A stretch of DNA of 40,630 nt, taken from NCBI GenBank assembly GCA_016778745.1, contig JADHOZ010000002.1, positions 1 to 40,630 of the forward strand, in the 5' to 3' direction. The position numbers and the translations under genes were made by a program. The DNA is from Rickettsiales bacterium. Lineage in GTDB: Bacteria > Pseudomonadota > Alphaproteobacteria > Rickettsiales > UBA1997. Shown here piece by piece: positions 35,807 through 40,630 of this stretch (its first letter is position 1; every line of letters starts with the position of its first letter). The notes under the pieces are model-generated. The model searched no databases. It saw nothing but the letters and a program-made list of their open reading frames with translations, and had not been told where the DNA came from.

Positions 35807-37294
35807 CTAAAGCATTTCACAGGCTTTCATCAATGCGCGAGCCTTATTATAACATTCAAAATATTCGGATTCTGGGTCCGAGTCAAACACAACGCCAGCC
35901 CCAGCCTGCAAATAAATCTTACCATTTTTAATTAAAGAAGATCGGAGTGTAATACAAGTTTCCATATCGCCATTGCTAGCAAAGTAGCCAACACAGCCAG
36001 CGTAAAAACTTCTTTTAACTTTTTCTAATTCTTCAATAATTTCCATCGCTCTAATTTTTGGCGCTCCTGACACCGTTCCCGCCGGAAATCCAGAAATTAA
36101 AGCATCTAGACTATCCAAGTCATCCCTTAAAATACCTTCAACATTGGAAGAGATATGCATCACGTGAGAATAATATTCAATAATCATTTTCTCAGTTAAC
36201 TTTACCGACGAATCTTTGCAAACCTTTCCAACATCGTGACGCCCCAAATCAATAAGCATTAAATGTTCAGCTAATTCTTTTTCATCGCTCAGTAATTCTT
36301 GAGCAATCTTGTTGTCTTCTTGCGGATTTTTACCTCTTTTTCTCGTCCCAGCAAGTGGACGAATAGTCACTTTGTTATTTTGACAAGAAACCATAATTTC
36401 AGGGCTAGAACCGCTTAGTGCAAAATCGTCAAATTTTAAAAAGAATAAAAATGGGGAAGGGTTAACGGATCTCAAAACACGATAAAAGGCAAACTCACTT
36501 AAATTTTCTGGATAATTTGAAACAAATCTTTGCGAAGGTAAAACCTGGAAAACATCACCATTTTTAATGTATTCTTTCGCCTTTAAAACAACATTTTCAT
36601 ATTCCTCTTTTTCATAATTTGAAGTAAAATCAAATGTAAAATCACCAATATCTGAATTTTCAAAACTATCCGCCGCATTAAGAATTTTCTCTACGTCTTC
36701 TATTTTCTTAGTCATTTCATCATAATTACCGCCTCCAAAAGATGGTGCGCAAATCAAGCAATTATCAAATAGCGAATCAAACACAATCAAAATTTGTGGT
36801 CGAATAAAAATACTATCCGCTATTTTCAACTCATCTGGCAAATGATTATCACCAATATTTTCCATGGATCTAACCATGTCATAATTCATGTAACCAAAAA
36901 TTCCACTACAAATTGCCGGCAATTCTTTATTATCGTAAGAAAGACCATTCCAGTTAATTTGAGATTCTTTAATTAGAGATCTTAAATTCTCGATCACATT
37001 TCCTTCTTGGGTGTCAAATCTCGTTTCATCGTAATTAAAATTTTGATTAATCAATGACCGCTTCCCCTCAACTTTCCATACCAAATCTGGATCAATACCA
37101 ATAACACAAAATCTACCTTTATTACGCGCTTTCTCAGCTGATTCAAAAAAGAAATTATAATGTGTAAATTTTTTTGATATTTTTAAATAAGCCGAAATAG
37201 GAGTGATGGTATCAGATGAAATATTTTTAAATAAAACACATCCACCATGTTGTTTGTTGAGATTCTCAAAACTGTTTTTGTCGAAATTAAACAT
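35807..37294 (-). CDS. trpE: Anthranilate synthase component I
   Basis: 495 aa with FFFESAEK...GRF (LLES-type block), VNPSPF, GTRKRG, KELAEHLMLIDLGRHDVG (AEH as in TrpE rather than the AEN of PabB) and GAGVVFDSDPESEY. No trpG is adjacent. Confidence 0.8.
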   Translation of the reverse strand: MFNFDKNSFENLNKQHGGCVLFKNISSDTITPISAYLKISKKFTHYNFFFESAEKARNKGRFCVIGIDPDLVWKVEGKRSLINQNFNYDETRFDTQEGNVIENLRSLIKESQINWNGLSYDNKELPAICSGIFGYMNYDMVRSMENIGDNHLPDELKIADSIFIRPQILIVFDSLFDNCLICAPSFGGGNYDEMTKKIEDVEKILNAADSFENSDIGDFTFDFTSNYEKEEYENVVLKAKEYIKNGDVFQVLPSQRFVSNYPENLSEFAFYRVLRSVNPSPFLFFLKFDDFALSGSSPEIMVSCQNNKVTIRPLAGTRKRGKNPQEDNKIAQELLSDEKELAEHLMLIDLGRHDVGKVCKDSSVKLTEKMIIEYYSHVMHISSNVEGILRDDLDSLDALISGFPAGTVSGAPKIRAMEIIEELEKVKRSFYAGCVGYFASNGDMETCITLRSSLIKNGKIYLQAGAGVVFDSDPESEYFECYNKARALMKACEML

Positions 37295-39165
37295 TAATTT
37301 TGGAAAATTTTCTCATTAATTGAAACCGGATATTTAGCGGATATAGACTCGTCATATCGACGTAATATCTCTAATCTCAATTTTTGAATTGCTGCTGTTT
37401 TTGCTTTAGCAAAATCCTCAGAGGAAGCTTGTCTTGGTAAAATAGTTCTCAAAATTGCAATGTTGTAATTGCCATCTTTTTCCAATATTGGATCTGTTGA
37501 TTCTTCTAACTTTAAAGAAAATACTGCGTTTGTGATTCTGGCTGGATTCGTAATGTCAAATTTGCGTGAATATCGATAAATCGCACCGTTTTTTCTTGCA
37601 ATTAACGCCGCATTTTTCGGGTCTTTTTTGATCTCTTCAGAGATTTTATTGGCTAGATTGACCAATTCTTCTTGCCTTTTCTTTTCTCTGAAATCTTTGG
37701 TTACTTGAGATTTGACATCTGAAAATGCCATATAGCGAGATTCTTCAATATTTTTGACTCTAAAAATATAGAACCCCTTATAATCTTGTGTGTAATATAT
37801 TTTTGAAATTCTACCCTTATCCAACGCAAAAGCATTTGTTGCTAAATTACCAAACTGACTGACTTCTTTAACATCTTTGCCAGAAGGGTCTTTTGACTCA
37901 TTATTAAATGTTAATGTGACAAGTTTTTTACTTAAATTCATCTTTTCAATAACTTTTTCTAATGCGTTACTCTCCAAAATAATGTCATTAATGTCAGAGA
38001 TTTTGTCTTCAACCACATTTTCCTTTTTAATATTTCTTAAATCAGAAAGAATAGCATCTCTAGCTTGAGAATATTCCAAAGATTTGGCTTCAGTAATTTT
38101 TGTTGTTAAAAATAGGTGATAGCCAATCTCGCTTTGTAATAAATGACTTAAACTACCAACTTTTAAAGCGAATACGTCATCAGCAATTGAAGGCAATAGC
38201 CCATTTTTAGTAATATCTTTTAAACGAATATCTGAAAGCTTCTTGTTTAACTTAGTTTTGGCTAACTGCATAAATTTTTTAGAAAGATCATCGCTACCTG
38301 CTAAAGACTGAATAAACGCATCTCCCTCTTCTTTATTATCAAAAACCACATGCAAGAATTCCCTTTTTTCTTCTTCTATTAGCTTGTCTTTTTCTTCTTC
38401 ATATTTTGCCCTTAATTCTTCTTCCGATGGTTCAAAGTTTTTTTCTAAATCTTTTTTGTCAAAAGATAACACTTCAACTTCTCTAAATTCCTTTTTGCGA
38501 TATTTTTCTTTGTTAGCTTCATAATATTGTACTAGATCTTCTTCTTTTGGATTAGCGATTCGGCCAATTCTTTTTTTATTAATTTCTACAAGGCTAACTT
38601 GTCTTTGTTCCTTACGTAAATTAGCTAATTCTAAAATCTTAAATTTGTAAATAGGTGCCGTAATCGTAAAAGTTTGGATCACCCCAGCATTCATAATTTC
38701 ATTTGAAATAGCATTAATATATCTTTCTTCATCAAGACTATGTTTTTTTAAGAAGCTATCAAACAAAGTTTGGTCAAATTTTCCATCATCATTTTTAAAT
38801 TCCCTATCATTAATGATTTTTTTCAATATCAAATCTTGGCTTGCAATAAAGCCATACTCTTCGGCTAAAATTTCTGATACTTTTTTATTAATCAATCTTC
38901 CCAGAACATCTTTTTTAAAGGCTTGTGATTCAAGATATCTTAAAGCCTCTTCACTATTAGTAGAAGTTCTAATAATCTCACGATCCGACCTACTAGCCTC
39001 AATAAAGTCGGTATAACTAATGACTTTATCTCCGATTTTTGCCACGTAAGTATTATTATTGCCAAAAATAAAGCCACTAATACCAAATAAAACAAATGTT
39101 AAAATGACAAAAGATAGGATAATCTTGAAGAAAAAGTTGCCTGCAAGTTTACGAAATAATTCCAT
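37294..39165 (-). CDS. ppiD: PpiD-like periplasmic chaperone / peptidyl-prolyl isomerase
   Basis: 623 aa with an N-terminal TM anchor (FFFKIILSFVILTFVLFGISGFIF) and a SurA-N-like region, then a parvulin-like segment (REFLHVVF). Its stop overlaps the trpE start by 1 nt (TAATG). Confidence 0.65.
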   Translation of the reverse strand: MELFRKLAGNFFFKIILSFVILTFVLFGISGFIFGNNNTYVAKIGDKVISYTDFIEASRSDREIIRTSTNSEEALRYLESQAFKKDVLGRLINKKVSEILAEEYGFIASQDLILKKIINDREFKNDDGKFDQTLFDSFLKKHSLDEERYINAISNEIMNAGVIQTFTITAPIYKFKILELANLRKEQRQVSLVEINKKRIGRIANPKEEDLVQYYEANKEKYRKKEFREVEVLSFDKKDLEKNFEPSEEELRAKYEEEKDKLIEEEKREFLHVVFDNKEEGDAFIQSLAGSDDLSKKFMQLAKTKLNKKLSDIRLKDITKNGLLPSIADDVFALKVGSLSHLLQSEIGYHLFLTTKITEAKSLEYSQARDAILSDLRNIKKENVVEDKISDINDIILESNALEKVIEKMNLSKKLVTLTFNNESKDPSGKDVKEVSQFGNLATNAFALDKGRISKIYYTQDYKGFYIFRVKNIEESRYMAFSDVKSQVTKDFREKKRQEELVNLANKISEEIKKDPKNAALIARKNGAIYRYSRKFDITNPARITNAVFSLKLEESTDPILEKDGNYNIAILRTILPRQASSEDFAKAKTAAIQKLRLEILRRYDESISAKYPVSINEKIFQN

Positions 39166-39246
39166 GTCTGGTTAAATAAATGATTGATTAAATAATTTGT
39201 TTTGCGGATTGTAGTTATCTGTTTCACTAAATTCAACTTACATTTG

Positions 39247-40521
39247 ATGAGACTTATCTTAGTTTTTTTTCTAGTCCTAACCGCTAAACTATCGCATGCC
39301 TTCCCACCAATTCAAAAAAGGGCGGTAAAGAATGTTACAATCAGTGGCATAGGAGCCTATGTTAATAATTACGACATACTAACCAGCTATAGCGCAGTGA
39401 GTGGCTGCAAGTCCCTAAATATCCTAACATCAGATGGAAAAATAGCAGATGCCGAACTTCTTGGTGCCCTAGAAATATCGAAAGGAAATCTCGCTTTTTT
39501 AAGAACGAATCATAAAAGCGCACACTATATCGTAGTGGGCAGTTTCTCGCTAAAAAAAGATGATACTGTGTCAATTTTAGATCTGAGAGAAGATCTAAAA
39601 GGCTACCTTTCTGTTTCCGGAACCGTTGCTTTTATCGGCGATGATAAACATGACATAGAATTTATTTCAGATGATGCCAAAAAAGGTAATAGCGGATCCC
39701 CGCTATATAATTCCAAGGGCTATATCATCGGAGTACTAAAAGGTATTGCAACCTCAAGCTCGGAAGGACGATACGTCACTGCTACATCAATAAAAACCAT
39801 TAGAGATTTTGCCATTAAAAAACGAATTAGACTCTCAAGAGCGCAGTTTTACGGCGACAATCAAACCGAAAAACATCAATTTTATGATAATTATGGTGTT
39901 AATGTTTCGTGTTTTTCCAAAGACGAAAATGGTAAATTACAAACCGTCGGAAAATTCGGAACCGGATCTTTCATCAATCCAAATGATGTCATGACTAACG
40001 CGCATGTTGTCGATAATTGCGATGTTATTAACATAACAACAAAAGATAAAGTCTATCAGGGGCAACTAATAGCCCAATTACCAGAAAAACAAGGGGACAT
40101 AGCATTTATCAGAACAAAGGCCAACACAAACAGATTTTCTTATTACGACGACAGACTTCCTCTAGTTGGTCAAGAGATATTTTTCCCATTTTACACCGAG
40201 GATCGAGGAATATTTAAAAAATCAATTGGCCGAATATCTTACGTTGGTCATAAAAATCACGGCCTCGAAATCAATGCCCCTGACTTAAAAAGAGTGATCG
40301 CTGGAGCCCCAGTATTTGACAAACAAGGCCGACTAATTGGAACGCTAGCAACAAAGCTAAATTACGATATGCAAAAAACGTTACTAATAGCGACTCCAGC
40401 CTCAAATATAGTGGATTTTGCCACTAATAGTCGTGTTCGAATCTTATCTAACAGAGTAGCCAGATATAACGGCACCCACAATAACGATCAAGCCCTAACA
40501 AAAATAATTTGCAATAAATAA
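39247..40521 (+). CDS. Secreted protein with two tandem trypsin-like (S1/PF13365-type) domains carrying complementary incomplete catalytic triads
   Basis: I prefer the ATG at 39247 (MRLILVFFLVLTAKLSHA signal peptide) over the track TTG at 39202. Domain 1 has GNSGSP but no His or Asp boxes. Domain 2 has TNAHVV and GDIAF but AGAP in place of the Ser box. Details are in the findings. Confidence 0.75.
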   Translation: MRLILVFFLVLTAKLSHAFPPIQKRAVKNVTISGIGAYVNNYDILTSYSAVSGCKSLNILTSDGKIADAELLGALEISKGNLAFLRTNHKSAHYIVVGSFSLKKDDTVSILDLREDLKGYLSVSGTVAFIGDDKHDIEFISDDAKKGNSGSPLYNSKGYIIGVLKGIATSSSEGRYVTATSIKTIRDFAIKKRIRLSRAQFYGDNQTEKHQFYDNYGVNVSCFSKDENGKLQTVGKFGTGSFINPNDVMTNAHVVDNCDVINITTKDKVYQGQLIAQLPEKQGDIAFIRTKANTNRFSYYDDRLPLVGQEIFFPFYTEDRGIFKKSIGRISYVGHKNHGLEINAPDLKRVIAGAPVFDKQGRLIGTLATKLNYDMQKTLLIATPASNIVDFATNSRVRILSNRVARYNGTHNNDQALTKIICNK

Positions 40522-40630
40522 TGGAATTTTTAACAAATTTTACTTGTTTGATCGTAACCATATTTGACCTGATATACGCCCACATAATTTTATCTATTTT
40601 AATTGCAGTTTTTGTCAAGCTAATCCAAAT
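40521..40630 (+). CDS. Partial ORF for a hydrophobic (membrane) protein, coupled to the protease gene
   Basis: The ATG at 40521 overlaps the upstream TAA by 1 nt (TAATG). My translation MEFLTNFTCLIVTIFDLIYAHIILSILIAVFVKLIQ stays open to the window end. Confidence 0.3.
   Translation, partial: MEFLTNFTCLIVTIFDLIYAHIILSILIAVFVKLIQ

Noticed and set aside
39202-39246. TTG-extended N-termini given by the ORF track (39202, and likewise 22118, 25082, 29576, 35820, 15797)
   Set aside because: In each case a downstream ATG begins a clean signal peptide, TM anchor or family N-terminus. For prfB the upstream part is supplied by the frameshift instead. The extensions look like artefacts of taking the longest ORF.
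21799-39994. Other nested or antisense track ORFs (21799-21987, 22509-23175 group, 23199-23468, 25562-25822, 27504-27716, 29104-29784 group, 30786-31058, 31692-31874, 32267-32470, 33976-34158, 35585-35935, 36794-36976, 37877-38068, 38813-39016, 39362-39574, 39809-39994)
   Set aside because: Same reasoning. They overlap confidently assigned genes in another frame or strand and show no motifs. ORFs 33976-34158 and 35585-35935 merely bridge gene junctions.
1-40630. UGA reassignment (common in some tiny AT-rich symbiont genomes), CRISPR arrays and large tandem repeats
   Set aside because: Trp is encoded by TGG in the conserved motifs. prfB is intact with a TGA-dependent frameshift, and several genes end in TGA (purM, metG). 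I saw no repeat-spacer periodicity or long tandem repeats while reading the window.

Overview
Visibly AT-rich, very compact bacterial chromosome segment. By my tally only about 2.3 kb of 40.6 kb is intergenic, and many neighbouring genes overlap by 1-14 nt. I call 40 CDS (two are partial at the window edges, and two are absent from the ORF track: pbpC and ccmD) plus 2 tRNAs (Thr-UGU, Phe-GAA). The content is mostly housekeeping:
- translation: prfA, prfB with its +1 frameshift, metG
- RNA modification and repair: tsaE, rluD, miaA, recO, xthA, UDG
- envelope: bamA, ppiD-like, nlpD-like, plsC
- metabolism: purM, trpE, lpdA
- cytochrome c maturation: ccmDE

Several traits suggest a reduced alphaproteobacterium (Rickettsiales/Holosporales-like): short FtsY and MetRS, a type-2 IleRS module, solitary ccmDE, ppiD-trpE adjacency and nrdR. 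This is inference only. I saw no CRISPR array, IS element, integrase, phage gene or recognisable defence or toxin-antitoxin module.

The items that stand out:
1. A secreted protein (39247-40521) has two tandem trypsin-like domains whose catalytic triads are reciprocally broken. Domain 1 keeps only Ser and domain 2 keeps only His and Asp. The only intact triad therefore spans the domain junction, like a circular permutation.
2. An intact stand-alone cistron encodes only the C-terminal tRNA-binding module of a type-2 isoleucyl-tRNA synthetase. It is coupled to purM through an ATGA overlap.
3. A 2017-aa thioester-type alpha-2-macroglobulin is coupled to pbpC and has no lipobox.
4. A cluster of GC-rich hairpins and a long palindrome flank tRNA-Thr.
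5. A small secreted protein carries a poly-lysine tail.
6. A 484-bp silent spacer contains a strand-specific terminator.

All protein assignments rest on motif recognition by eye. No database search was possible.
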